Part shown: one piece after another, positions 36,365-49,269 of the stretch
Position numbering within the stretch: position 1 is the stretch's first letter
Layout: the number at the start of each line of letters is the position of its first letter
Assembly: GCA_010015805.1 (NCBI GenBank)
Contig: ML978121.1
Coordinates: forward strand, 372,001 to 436,000
Origin: Rhizodiscina lignyota
Lineage: Eukaryota
Length of the DNA: 64,000 bases
Direction: 5' to 3'
Program-made: the position numbers and the translations under genes
Notes under the pieces: generated by a model
Told to the model about the DNA's origin: nothing
The model's database searches: none
What the model saw: the letters and a program-made list of their open reading frames with translations, nothing else

Positions 36365-37255
36365 AGCTGCTTCAGTACGGGCGAATTATGCTCATTAAAC
36401 TAGTGTATTCCTATTAAACACTGTCAAAAGTATATTCAATCAAGCTTTCAGCGATCTTCTTCCCTGAGCGGAAGAGGGATAGTGTTTGCATCCCATCTTT
36501 CAACGCTCGCCGCGGCCAAAGTAAGCACAACTGCTCTAGTAAAGCTAAATTCAACTTATCAAAGCAGTTAATTCTTCTAAAATACTAACAGAATTATATC
36601 TAAAGAAACTTTCAGCGATGCTCTTACCTGAGCGGAAGAGTGAAACTTGATTACTTTCCACCCTTTCAGCCTTCTTCGAGGGCGGAGTAAGCACAGCTAT
36701 TCTAGTAAAGACGAATGATATTCACCAAAACAGTACACTATTCTAAGATACTAGCAGAGGTATATCCACGTAAGTTGTCGCAGATGCTCTCACTTGAGCG
36801 GAATAGCGAAAATTGTCTGTTTCGTCCTTTCAATCCTCATCGGGTCAGAGAAAGGCACAGGTGCTCTAATACAAACAAATGACGTTTGTTGAATAAGTGT
36901 ATTCCTCATAAATACTGACGAAAGCATATCCCACTAAACTTTCAGCGATGTTGTTGCCTCAGCGGAAGAACAAAACTTGTCCGGGTTCCCCCCTTTCGAC
37001 ACTCATTGGGCTAAGCTATCTCGAGGGTCACAGAAACGTTGGGTTCGAGCTGTGGCATACAGAACTACTAGGCTGTGTATGCTCTGTAGTCAATTCGGAT
37101 TATGCTCGTCAGAGCTGTGAGCTCTCATGAACTACTGGCAAAAGCATATCTAAGTGGGCCTTCAAAGATGCTCCTGCCCGCGTAGAAGAGCAAAACTTGT
37201 TCGTATTCTACTCTTTCAATGGTCATTGGGATCAGGTATTCCGTTGCCCATAAGA
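36365..37255. repeat. Degenerate ~164-bp tandem array, 5 copies plus a partial one
   Basis: The core CTTTCAGCGAT...CTGAGCGGAAGAG...AAACTTG recurs at 36445, 36609, ~36775, 36939 and ~37160 (spacings 164, 166, 164, ~220). Confidence 0.85.
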
Positions 37256-37293
37256 TGTGCAACATGCAGTTTTCAGCCCTAATCGTGAGCACT

Positions 37294-39048
37294 TTAAACA
37301 CGCTTTCCATCCCAGCCATGCTCCACAAACAAGAACTTGCCGCCCACCGAGCTCCTCAATGCCTTTATCGTCGAGGCAACCCTCCTTGCCTCTTTTTCTC
37401 GCTCCAGCCATCGCTTGACCTGATAGAGCTGCAGCTGTTTGTCCTGCACTAGCCACTTCTTTAATATGCCTTTGGAAGACCTCAAGGCGACTTTTTCAGA
37501 GCGCATATAAGCCAGTAGCTCACAGGCAATCAGCCCTGACGGCAGGCTCTGCACGGTCGCTACATCTGTTGGTATCCATCCCTGAGAGATGTTGAGATGT
37601 GTGAGCTGAGACCAAGATGAATTCCAGCCTGGCCCTAAGTGGTCACTGTTTGCAGTTTCGCCGGAAGCTTGCAATGCAACGCCTTCCTGGAGCGGATCAG
37701 GCCTTGTTGTAGAAGTCCCACGAGAACGAATCACAGAAGCTGGTCCGTCAGACCACTGCCCCGAAACCACTTCATTAGGTGAGAATACTAATGCTGCGAG
37801 CCACTCGCTGCATCCTTCGAGATCCAGATACCGCAGGCAATACGTATTGTTGCTCAATCTCCGCAGGATGTTCGCTGCTTCGTGCCAATCGTCATCCATA
37901 ACTGAGTAGAAGTTGCTACCGCCGGCGTGGACACGGGCGTGCTTGCTTTCAACGAAGGCAGTTTGGGAGTTTGGCGTGAGTGTCGGAAGAGGCCAGTGCG
38001 CTAGTGAGAGGTGGGTGAGCGTGGGGAGGTGCACGGAAAGCGACAGTAGGTCTTTCCAAGAGACCGTTGGACTCGGATTGGAAAGGGAAAGCATTGTAAG
38101 ATTCGGAAAGCGATTAACCACGGGGCCATGTGGGATGCTGGCTTCTATCGAAGGATCATCGTCCCAAGACTCCAAGACTTGCTCATCTGCACTGGGCTTC
38201 TCCACAATCGACAGCTTCGCAAGATCCGAGGACAGATCTGGCTGTGATTGTGGACTGGGTAGAGTCCAGTACTTCTGCAATTCCACAAGAGAGAGGGATT
38301 CTAGAAACCCGACAAGACCGGAGAGATCCAAAAGCTCAAGCTCGTAACTACCTGTTGCATCAGGCAACTCGGCGTTCGTAAGAAAGAGCGTCTTCAGACT
38401 GTTCACAGCGATGCCGTTATCCGGTCCATAGAGTGCAATGTAGCTCAGCAAATTGCTCTTCAAAGCCATTGGTAGAGTTGCAAGATTGTTTTGCTCATAC
38501 TCCAATACTGAGTCCCAGTGTCGTGCCATTGTCTTCAAAGCTCCGTCCATGAGGCTTCCTAGCCTAGGGAAAGCTGGCATGTCGTTATCAAGCATTGTAA
38601 GATTTATCCGTCCCCGTGCTCTTCTCATACCACCACTCGAAGTCGATTTCATCGTCTCTTCCGCACCCGAGCCATTCCCAAAATATCGTGGCGCGTGCCT
38701 GCTCATATGTAGCCAACTCTGCGGCGCTGCAGGACCAGGAGGTGGTCTGCCACGCCCAAGGGCCCTCTGGCCACGAATTATTTTGGGTTTCGGAGGAGCA
38801 GTTTCTGGTATGGATAATAGGTGGCGAAGATGAGGTGGAACCGTGGGACTCGATAAGACAGCGCTCACTTCATTGCGCTTCTCAATACTTGCTTTCGGCG
38901 CTTGCTCTCGGCGGAGCTGCTCGAGTCGCTCGTTGACCGTTTTTGACGAGGTTGAGGAGCCATCGGACGGTTTGGAGGAAGCGCTAGTGGAAGAGTACGA
39001 GTACTGGGAGCCTAGTTTCGTGAAGTCGTGGTGATGCTTCTTGGGCAT
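37294..39048 (-). CDS. Conserved fungal protein with leucine-rich-repeat-like segments, function unknown
   Basis: 584 aa from ATG 39048 (MPKKHHH). Contains TVNERLEQLRREQ, PPPGPAAPQSW and LRR-like LELLDLSG, FPNLTMLSLS, LTHLSLAHWP, LRYLDLEGC. Confidence 0.8.
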   Translation of the reverse strand: MPKKHHHDFTKLGSQYSYSSTSASSKPSDGSSTSSKTVNERLEQLRREQAPKASIEKRNEVSAVLSSPTVPPHLRHLLSIPETAPPKPKIIRGQRALGRGRPPPGPAAPQSWLHMSRHAPRYFGNGSGAEETMKSTSSGGMRRARGRINLTMLDNDMPAFPRLGSLMDGALKTMARHWDSVLEYEQNNLATLPMALKSNLLSYIALYGPDNGIAVNSLKTLFLTNAELPDATGSYELELLDLSGLVGFLESLSLVELQKYWTLPSPQSQPDLSSDLAKLSIVEKPSADEQVLESWDDDPSIEASIPHGPVVNRFPNLTMLSLSNPSPTVSWKDLLSLSVHLPTLTHLSLAHWPLPTLTPNSQTAFVESKHARVHAGGSNFYSVMDDDWHEAANILRRLSNNTYCLRYLDLEGCSEWLAALVFSPNEVVSGQWSDGPASVIRSRGTSTTRPDPLQEGVALQASGETANSDHLGPGWNSSWSQLTHLNISQGWIPTDVATVQSLPSGLIACELLAYMRSEKVALRSSKGILKKWLVQDKQLQLYQVKRWLEREKEARRVASTIKALRSSVGGKFLFVEHGWDGKRV

Positions 39049-40148
39049 CAAGCTCGCTGGAGCGGCGGAACTGGAGCCTCTAAAGTATGGGTAGTGAGAT
39101 TAGCGATGAAACGTTGATTTTAATGTAATACTCCTCAGGCATGAAGATATCAAGAACTTGGAAGTGACGTGAGGTACTCTTGAGCAGGCAGAGTGTAGTG
39201 GTGGCTTGAGAGGCGATAGCGGGCTGGCGGTCACTTCGGATATATCGGCTTTTGATTTTGATTGGTCCTCTGCGGAGTACTGTACTCTATTGCCGTGGAC
39301 CACTCAACACTCCCGCTACTATAGCAGTACATATTTTCACGAAGCTAGTAATAAGGACCATTTTTCATGTTCTTTAAAGATAACTACCTCTCATGGACGC
39401 GCCGCTATTACCTGGTATGTTGGTGCCCTCTCCTCTCTCTTATCTGACCCCTTGAAGAGGGCATTGCTCATGTTCCCTATCAACGGCTCTCTCCATTCTC
39501 TCGTCTTCTGAATACACAGCAGTTCCTGCATTTTATATATTTATATCGGATGAAGGGACTAGTGCACAGGTCCGGTTAACGCTGGTCGCTGACGCACAAG
39601 CATGTCCCAACATCGGTTTTTTCACCAGCTACCAGCAGACCCGAAAAGAGAGGAGGTTGAATTACTTGCAGCTTATTTGCCTACAGCTTTTATCCAAAAT
39701 AGCCCCTGGCACTTTGGTCAGGCTACGCATCTCGGGCGGATATACACCGGGTCTGCGGGTCAGCGGCAGCATGCACGTTCCACACCAATTTCATCTCAGC
39801 TTTACGCGGGGAGATATTGTGGACCAACCTCTCGGGCGGGGCCCCAGACTGGCAAACATCCCTCGACATGCAATTCGTGCGTTTCCCTGGCGGAGATGAT
39901 CCTCCAACCATTTTAGCCTGATTCACCGTTGAGGGAGTGGCCCACTTGGGCTGCTCATTGCTCCATCCAGATCTAGTCATGCCGGCATATTGGCCATGCC
40001 ACAGCACCGTTGCAGTAGCATTCACCCATGCTGGCGAAGAGCTTTATATACGGCTTTGCCAACCCTTCCCAAGCATTGCTTGTCTTTTGGCTTGCTCTGC
40101 CAAGGTCTTGTCTGTACCTTTTGACGGCAAAGAATAAAGGTAGCAATC

Positions 40149-42073
40149 ATGGCCGCATATCACGTCCTCAGCAGAATCGTCAGGAACGATGCCGTCAAGC
40201 TCGACCCGCCAGAAGTGTACAATTGGAGGGTGTTCGCCCTCGCGGCTGCAGTGAGCATATTCGTCGCGGAAAAAATTTGTAAATACTGATGAAATTCCAT
40301 AGGCATGCTTTGGCGGTACCTTGTTCGGCATGGACACTGGTATCATCGGGGGAGTTTTGACGCTGCCTGCCTTTAAGGCGTGAGTTTCGAAAATCACACA
40401 TCAACCAAAAATATTGTGCTTACACACAAACTAGCAAGTATGGTCTCATAGGCCTCAGTGCCGATGCAGCGGCCAATCTTTCGGCCAATCTGGTCACCAC
40501 AATGCAAGCAGGAGCGTTTGCAGGTGCCCTCCTAGCTAATCCAATCGCCGATAATCTCGGCCGCAAGCCCGGCTTGCTCATCGTGGCTTGCTTCGCTTTT
40601 GTCGGAGGCCTCCTCCAAGCTTTCGCTTTTGGCCATCTCTCGTGTTTCTACATTGGACGGTGAGTTTGGCTTGAAGCCTTATAAAGCAGGTAGGCTGATT
40701 GATTTTCAGATTCGTCGAAGGTCTTGGGTTGGGCGGAGCTACCATGCTTGCACCCACATACGTTTCCGAAAATGCTCCCCGCGGTATCAGAGGTCTCCTG
40801 ATCGGGTTCTATCAGCTATTTGAGACAATGGGAGCCATGGTTGCCTTTTTCATCGATTATGGATCTCTGCTTCACATCAAGGCATGTTCCTCTACCTGGA
40901 CTTTTGCCAAAGTGCTGACACAATAGCAGGGCGAAGGATCCTACATGGTCCCACTTGCAATGCAATCGCTTCCACCTGTGCTCATCTTCGTCAGTATCCT
41001 CTTCTGCCCAGAGTCACCACGTTGGCTGGCCCGGCAGGACAACTGGGACAGAGCCTCTAATGTGCTGTCCACTGTCCGTCAACTGCCTATAGACCACCCA
41101 TACATTCAGCAAGAGTTGCTCGAGCTGCGAACCGCGCTTGAAGAAGAACGCCGCTCTGTTCATGGATCTGGATTCTGGGCCTTGCAGAAGGAGATGTGGT
41201 TGATTCCCGGAAACCGGAACCGTGCTCTTCTTTCGATTGCCCTCATGACTGGTCAACAATGGACAGGAGTAAGTCTTCGCTCGTGAATAGCCTACTTCAC
41301 CTTGATATGGTCATCTAACAAGGTTAACCAGACGAATGCGATCAACTACTATGCGCCGACCATCTTCACTGACCTCGGTGTTACCGGCAATGCCAACAGT
41401 CTCCTTGCGACCGGTGTGTACGGTATCGTAAAGATGTCGTCCTGTGCCCTTTTCATCGTATTCCTAGCAGACACTCTCGGCAGAAGATGGTCGTTCGTCT
41501 GGACGGCATTCTTCATGTGGTTCTGCATGTTCTTCCTCGGATTCTACGTACGTTTCGATCCGCCCGTTAAAGGCCAGCCCGTCGACCACGCCGGAACTGC
41601 AGCGCTTGCGTTCGTGTATTTATTCGCTGCTGGTTTCCAGTTCGGGTGGGGGCCTGTATGCTGGATCTACGTCTCCGAGATACCAACGAATCGTCTTCGT
41701 GGACAAAACGTTGCTATTGCAGCTGCGACGCAGTGGCTGTTCAACCTCGTCGTGGCCCGTGTGACGCCAATCATGCTCGTCAATGTCGGGGCCCATGGAT
41801 ATGGAACATACTTCATCTTCGGATGCTTCTGTTTCACGATGGGTTGCTGTGCCTACTTTGTACCAGAAACCAAAGGCGTATGTATACTGACCCCTTTTAC
41901 ATAACTATTGTTGACCAGAAATGTAGATGTCGCTTGAACGTATGGACGAACTGTTCGGCGTCGCCAACTTCTCCGATATTGAAGATATTGGTCTTGCTTC
42001 TCAGCATGGAAAGGCTGGTATCGCGCCGGCGCACATTGAGGAGACCCATATTGATGATACGAAGGTTGCTTAG
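40149..42073 (+). CDS. MFS sugar porter (quinate permease-like)
   Basis: Motifs [66 protein letters not shown] and [17 protein letters not shown]. Six introns, including a GC-AG intron at 40882. Confidence 0.93.
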
Positions 42074-44637
42074 GGGTAGATCTGTGTATTATTGAGCTGA
42101 TTCAGCTTTGGTAGGGAGAAAAGCCAGCGGGGCAGATTGCGGAGATAGGGGCGACGTAGTATTATCCTTCTAATACCAGTGTTACTTTGACACGATCAAG
42201 ATCCACACCACACATCCGACTGGGATGCCAAAGCTACTCACTACTGTGCAGACGCCGTACGATTATCAACGATCGAAATGGTGCCCGCAAATAACTGCTG
42301 TATAGCTCTCCCACCCTATGATTGTCGACTTACGCGTGACCACCGACTTGAGCGCCGCCGGAAGCTCAGACAGAGTGTCCGACACTCTCAATTACAGCAA
42401 GTTGGCAGAGGTGATGATGTTACCTGGGTGGCTGATGAAGATCTTGACTGGACGATGATGCCAAGTTTCGCGGAGCGAAGATGTTAAGCATCAAGAGGAG
42501 AGGCAGAGAGCTGTTCGAATTCTGTGGTGTTGTGGAAGGGTGAGGCGGTTGTGGAAGAGTGAGGTGTATGACTTGATTGGTTTTCGCAAGCTAGCACATA
42601 CGAACACTGTTCCTGTTACTGTCTACCACCTTGGGCCTGCCGCTGGTGTAGTTCTTGCTCCTGGCGCACGATGAGGCTTGCCCAAGGGTTGGCGTTTAAC
42701 CATGCCAGGTTTGCCTGTAATCCGAGTCGGCGCTGGTCCTCCATCAACTCCTGCTGGCGGCGTGCACGCTGTACTGCAGTAAGATTCTGTGCCACGGTTG
42801 GCGTCGCGCGTCCAGCAAGTCACGGCGCAGACTCAAAATTTGATCTCGCCGAGCCAGGATTAGAGCCCGGGGGACCGGCGAGATACGCACAAAGTCCGAC
42901 CACAATAAATATATGTTCTTCGACTCCCTCGATGACATGCGGCGAAAGCGCCATATTCTCTCGTAAAATTTCTTCCAATTGCGCCAGAGATGGATTTGAA
43001 GCATGTTCTTAATTCTGACACTATCTCTTCTGCCTCCCTCACCAAGATACTTACCTTCGATTGTAATCTTCGAAGGGCTTCTTCCGCCATCATCGCACGA
43101 TTACCCGAAGTATGTTTTGAACTCGAAAGATCTCTCGTCTGATATTTCCGTTCTAGCTCTCAAACCGCAATGTCGGTTCCAACAACCCTTCATCAACTCT
43201 TTTCAGACATCCTTCAGATCTGTCTCCACCTCTGACAGTGAGCACATTGTGTGTGGGAGGTATCTCTAGTCAATGCTGTGGTACCTAGAGGTGTCTTCGA
43301 TCACTTGCATCTCTTTACGAGGCGACTTTCATCTGTGCTCGACAGTTTTGTCCGTCCCCAAGGTTTGGCACACCTTCATATACAGTGAGATGAATTACTG
43401 CGTCTGTGCCCCAGGAAAAGGTCAAGAAGAAAGTTGCAAAATGTGGCGCAGCATCAGAACATGCGCGGCTACGTGAACATGAAGCATGAAATGCAGTGAG
43501 ATCTCCGGATCGGACCGGAGTGGATGTCGCTGAGATCGCAAATTGTCCGAACGAGGAGTACCTGCAGTGGAAGCAAGTAAAATCAAATGACTCGTAAGCA
43601 GATTGCTTAGCATCTACCTTGATCTTTCTTCACACGACCCTCAAAGGTATTGATGTCTGTAACTAGCGACGAGGACGCTGTTGGCATGTCTCTACCAAGT
43701 CTTACCAGGTCCAGGAGCCCGATAGATGGTAGAGCTTACATCGTGGGCTTGGGGTGCCGCCGAGCTCTCATCGTCTGACATCTGCTGCCGTGGCTCGCCC
43801 AGACGTCGCGGCAATGTCTTCATTCGAGCGATTCCGGAGTGGGAAACACATGTTGGAGCTTCTTGAGGTGAGAGATTTTTCATCAAGACACGATCACCCG
43901 CGCTCTTTCATCATCCCCGGCGGCCTGCAGCGTTTCGCGGTCTTGGCTTTGGGGCTGTGCAAAGTCCCTGGCGACGTGCCGTCACATCGATTGGCCCAAG
44001 CTCCCATCGCCAGCGAAGTGTTCCTTGAGCTTCCCACCTCTCACGTCCACCTCCATCTTGACATCACTCTATCTCTCAATTGCTGCGCCCTCTTTACTCG
44101 CACATTTCCCCGCACATAAGAACACTATCTCGGATATTCATCCGTTGTGCTCTTTGTCTCGGCGAATTGATTGCGTGGCAGGGTTGATCGCACGTTGCGT
44201 GTGCTTCTCCATTCTCTGGATCACGGTTCCACAAGCAATTTCACGGTCCAAGGCTCGCCAAGTCACAAGCCTGGGACGAATTTGTAGCTAGGGACGTTGG
44301 GCTATCGCTATGGGTGTGTGAAAGCTCCCTCTACTTCTGCCTATTACATCCACTGCCCTCTCAATTCGTCTTCAAACACTCGGTCGCGTGGCTGTTGAGC
44401 CTGTTTCGACGAATCCCCGCGGCCACTGGCGGAACGCTGACATAGCCCCTTCGTGCCCGTAACATATTCAACACATTTCACCTCAATTGATCTCAAACTC
44501 TTAAACATCTGGTTTTTCTAACTTGAGCGCTCCGCTGTGGGCCCATCGGAATAGCATCGAATTTCAAGAGCCAATCGCGCAAGCACGCCCGGCGCACCAG
44601 CAGCAGATTCAGTGCAAACCAATTCTATACCGACGAC

Positions 44638-46058
44638 ATGCCTACCGGCGACGGAGAGCCCAATGGCGGCACGGCAGACCCTGACGAGACTACCGCTCTC
44701 ATGTCAAGGCAGACGACTCGGCGAACAGTTCGCAAGCGAAGATACTGGGGCGACGATGATGCGAGTGCGTTGACAAAATGGCCAAAGAAAGCTTTACATA
44801 AGACATGGCTGGTGCTTGAGAGCAACTACGTGAACGTCTTGCTGGTCTTCGTTCCCCTAGGCATCATCTCAGCTCATGTAGGATGGAGTCCGACTGTGGT
44901 GTTCGTATTGAACTTCCTAGCCATTATACCTTTGGCAGCTCTACTGAGCTTCGCGACCGAAGAAATCAGTGCGAAGTTGGGCCAAACGCTGGGTGGATTG
45001 ATGAATGCGACATTCGGCAATGCCGTGGAGTTGATTGTAAGTCATATACGAGTGACATGAAGCGGCACACAATTGACAGTACTGGACAGGTCAGCATCAT
45101 AGCGCTCAAGGAAAACGAAATTCGCGTCGTCCAATCCAGCATGCTGGGTAGTATCCTGTCCAACATCCTTCTGGTCCTTGGCTGTTGCTTCCTCGCTGGA
45201 GGCCTCAACCCGGCCAACGGCTCCGAGCAAACGTTCAACATCACTGTTGCAAGTACCATGTCGTCCCTCATGGCTGTCGCTAGCGCCTCATTGATCGTTC
45301 CTGCGACCCTTTACGCGCAGCTTGAAAACTCTAAAGAAAAGACCGAAGGCAACATTCTCATACTGTCTCATGGGACGGCGATCATCCTTCTTCTCCTCTA
45401 TGGACTATACCTCTTTTTCCAGCTTAAATCACATGCCAATCTCTTCGACGCCGAAGCACAGGTTGAGGAAGAGGAAGAAGAACACATTCTCGATCCATGG
45501 GGTGCAACTGCGGCGCTCTTGATCGTCACAATCCTTGTGGCGGTATGCGCAGATTACCTAGTCGAGAGCATCGACGACATTGTGAAGACCACCGGCATCT
45601 CGAAAACGTTCATCGGTCTGATACTACTTCCTATCGTGGGCAACGCCGCAGAGCACGTTACTGCCTGTGTCGTCGCATACAAGAACAAGATGGATCTTGC
45701 GATCAATGTTGCCATCGGTAGCAGTCTCCAAATTGCCCTCTTTGTTACGCCATTCTTGGTCATTTTGGGCTGGATCATGGGCCGGGATATGACTCTCCAC
45801 TTCGAGACCTTCGAGACCGTGGTGTTCTTCGTCAGTGTGCTGGTGGTGAACTACCTCATCCAGGACGGAAAGAGCAACTACCTCGAGGGCGCAATGTGCT
45901 TGGGAACGTGAGTATACACCAAATTAAAGTATGACGCAGATTAGGAGCTGACAAATACTAGATATATCATTATTGCAATTGCCTTTTACGTATACCCTGA
46001 TGATGCGGGCGACAAAACTAACGGCTTCTTTGGTGGAAGGCTGTTTGGCACTTCTTAA
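44638..46058 (+). CDS. VCX1: Vacuolar Ca2+/H+ exchanger (CAX family)
   Basis: Signature repeats LMNATFGNAVELI and LPIVGNAAEH, plus AIGSSLQIALFV, an acidic loop and DGKSNYLEG. Introns at ~45037-45089 and 45908-45961. Confidence 0.92.
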
Positions 46059-47071
46059 GATACCCCACAACGACAAATGCGGGAAGCACTTTCATGTGTC
46101 AAAATTGAATTGCGCTACCTTTCTTTCTGTGCACTGACTCGAATTGATCGGACCATTTTCCTCTGTATTACTGTTTTCTCTCTTCTTCCGAATACCGGCC
46201 TCTTTGACACCCGTGTATATATAGTTAAAGAATGCAAACTGTTGTTAATTCAACACATTTATAGACGGCTCCATTAACTCAACGAATTACAGCAGTATTA
46301 AAATACAAACGTCGAGAGCGGTCCGAGGGCAAATGACTCTGAACGCAAGCCCAAGTTTGTTCGCCGTGGAGCCATGAGGGGCCCGCATTGCGTATACACG
46401 TTGCTGTGTAGCAATTGGGGGGAAGAGATATCTGTTTAAACCGTGAGATTATACAACAAAGGCTCCCCTGTCTACTCCAGATGCAGCATGTTTGAGTGCG
46501 CCTATCTGCAAAATAATTGGCCGTGTGTGATTTGGATGGAAGTTATATCTCATCTCTACCACGACCACGACCCTTATGCATCATGTGAATTCACTAAATA
46601 TGAGTTCGAGTTATAGAAGATTAATGCACGCAGAGAAGATTAGTTTTGCGTAACCAAAACAAGTACATACACAGCCAAAATTGTGCTCCTCTAGGTAAAT
46701 CATGACTCGTGTCCGTCCTTCGTCCGTGCTGTTGACCAATCAAAAAGTCTCCGCTGGAGGCGCGTTGTTCCTCCGCTCCCCTATCAAAATGCAAGGCGGA
46801 ACAGCCACAGCATGAACCGGATCGTGAAGACGAACAAAAAACTTATGATATGGGGAGGACATTGTTCCGTGGCGTCGTAACCCAGGACGTGACAGATGGT
46901 GTATATAAGGACGTGCGAGTGGTGCTGAAGGAGGACGCAGTTGGCAAGAGCAAGGAATACACTTTGAAGGCTACCAAGGGGTGGCGTTGACGCAAATTTA
47001 TATCTCGAAAACTATTTCAAGGGCTTGTATCACAGTACAAAAGGCCTGCAATTGCTTCTCAATTGATCAAC

Positions 47072-48076
47072 ATGGTTCGGTCGAAGAATCTTAGTGGAGT
47101 TGCCTTCGATCCCGACGAAGATATTCCAGACCTGTCAGGAAAAGTGGTACTCGTCACTGGAGGTATGTAGTCAATTCCTTTTAGCTAATACTTCAAAGCA
47201 ATCAAGCAGCAGTAACTGATGATCATAGGCAATGCTGGTCTCGGTTATCAGACCATCAAGTACCTCCTCAAGTCGAACGCACACATCTTCATGATAAGCC
47301 GCAGCGCCCAAAAGTCCGCTGACGCCATTGCCGCGCTCAAGAAAGTCTCACCAAATGCCAACATTACCTTTCTCCAGGCGGACCTCACCTCGCTCGCATC
47401 TGTTCAGAATGCAGCAAAGGAATTTCTGTCTCGGTCTAAGCGCCTCGATATTCTCATGGCCAACGCCGGGATCATGAACGTGCCCGCTGCGCTGACCACT
47501 GATGGATATGAAATCCAGTTCGGCACGAATCACATGGGCCATGCGCTGTTGATGAAGCTGCTCCTGCCGACGATGCTCGAGACCGCGAAAGAGCCCGGCG
47601 CGGACGTGCGCATCGTCAGCCTGACATCTACAGGATTCCGCGGCGCTTCGAGCATTGACTACCAGAAGGTGAAGACAAAGATGGCCAGTTCAATCCCTGG
47701 CTACGGGTACATGGGCTACGCACAGAGCAAGCTCGCGAACATCTTGTACGTCAAGGAACTGGGCAGGCGGTTTCCGGAGATCACGTCTGTGGTTGTGCAT
47801 CCAGGTGTTGTCACCACAGACTTGGTGAATAGTAAGGGTTGGTTTGAGAAGAAGTTCATTGAGGTGATGAATCTGGGACATCTACTCACGCCGGAGGAGG
47901 GTGCTGTGAATCAGACCTGGGCGGCGGTTGGAAGGGGAGAGATCAAGCCAAAGAGCGGAGAGTATTACCTTCCAGTGGGGATAGTTGGCAAGCCGACGAA
48001 GGCGTCGAGTAATGCTGAGATGGCGAAGAAGCTGTGGGAGTGGACGGATGATGAGTTGAAGCAGTATTCGGTCTAG
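47072..48076 (+). CDS. Short-chain dehydrogenase/reductase (retinol dehydrogenase-like)
   Basis: DIPDLSGKVVLVTG|GNAGLG across an intron at ~47163-47228, then NAGIM, QFGTNHMGH, YAQSK (YxxxK) and VHPGVV. Confidence 0.93.
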
Positions 48077-48367
48077 CTCATTCAATTTCCTTATTCTACA
48101 ATTCTTCCAGTTCGACTCTCGTCGGCTTAGTGGTTTAGACCCTTTTGTGTTGTTTAGAGCTTCGGGTGTGAATTGAAGTGGGTTGCGCTGCAGCCTGCGC
48201 CAAACTTCTCAAAGCTTCACTCATCTCTGCAAGCGCCCTCTTTGTAAGTGCCCCAGCCACCTTTCTCTCATTAACGTGGCTGCCTACTCGTTAATTACTC
48301 TTCTTCTGAAGCTTTCCTTCTACTTCTTACAAACTCTCCAAACCCAGACCAATCTCACGTCCACACC

Positions 48368-48690
48368 ATGACGAACAAAACAAGCAACCGCGCTCCTCGT
48401 ATTCGCGTCTCTCGACGAGCTGGAAAACGCGTTGTGATTATGCGTCGGCCTGCGAAAAGGGCCAAAGTGGCCAACCATGCTCGTCGCATCTCTCGAGGAG
48501 ATGCAAAACGCGTTGCGAAGATGCGTCGACTTGCCAAAAGGGCGCACCGTGCTCGAGTAGCACGAAAGGAAAACGGAGAAAGTCTCCAACCGCTCATCAA
48601 AGGTAAGTTTCATTGCCTCATAATTACATTACTGCCACTCACCGATATTCTGCAGGCCTTAGAACGATGGTACGGTCTACGCCCGACTAA
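48368..48690 (+). CDS. Putative small Arg/Lys-rich orphan protein (89 aa if intron 48603-48655 is spliced)
   Basis: CACCATG start after a pyrimidine-rich leader, an internal duplication and a GTAAGT...CAG 53-nt intron. No recognisable family. Confidence 0.4.
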
Positions 48691-49269
48691 TCCGATCGTC
48701 TCCCCTCAAGAATTCCAACAATACTACTTAAAGATCATTCAAGAATATCTAGGCAGGTCAAGAACCGGCGGTCAAGATGCCTCGCAAGGCAGCCAGAGCC
48801 TATCTGGCTCATGTGGTCGACGTCCTCGAAGGTCAGTGATGCCCCATGAAAGAGCTAGTTCTCGCGAGCGGATGAGACCTGCAACAGCGCCTCTCTTCTC
48901 GGACGACGAGAAGCAACTCTTCAAAGTCAAGGCTGGCAAGCTACTCCCAGATAGCCTTCAATGTACACTCGGCAAGGTGGCGAAACTTCTTGGGAGTGCT
49001 GAAAGGCGACTTAATAGAGTGGTTCTGTGGACTGTTCGCTCGCCGGAAACTAGCTCCTTCGTATATTCGTGTTTCCTTGACAAGATACTGACAGATCTAC
49101 AGCGGAAAATCTCGCTTACCAGCGAATGAAGGGCGGTAGAAGAAGGGCGCGATGCATGAGCAATATTCTGGTCGGGGGTGTCGCTAATGGGACTGGGCGC
49201 GCATGTACGATAGGACAAGTACACCATACATGCTTTCCATGGATTTGGCGGAAATGATAAAAGATTGCG

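Noticed and set aside
36445..37200. CRISPR-like reading of the regularly spaced hairpin cores
   Set aside because: The genome is eukaryotic, the 'spacers' are homologous to one another, the cores are degenerate and no cas genes are present.
42400..43480. Possible minus-strand gene relic (GTAAGT donor near 43054, short ORFs)
   Set aside because: I could not assemble a continuous frame or recognise any family.
48105..48145. tRNA-like fragments (CCAGTTCGACTC and GGCTTAGTGGTTTAGA)
   Set aside because: The T-loop-like piece precedes the D-loop-like piece, and no acceptor or anticodon stems form.
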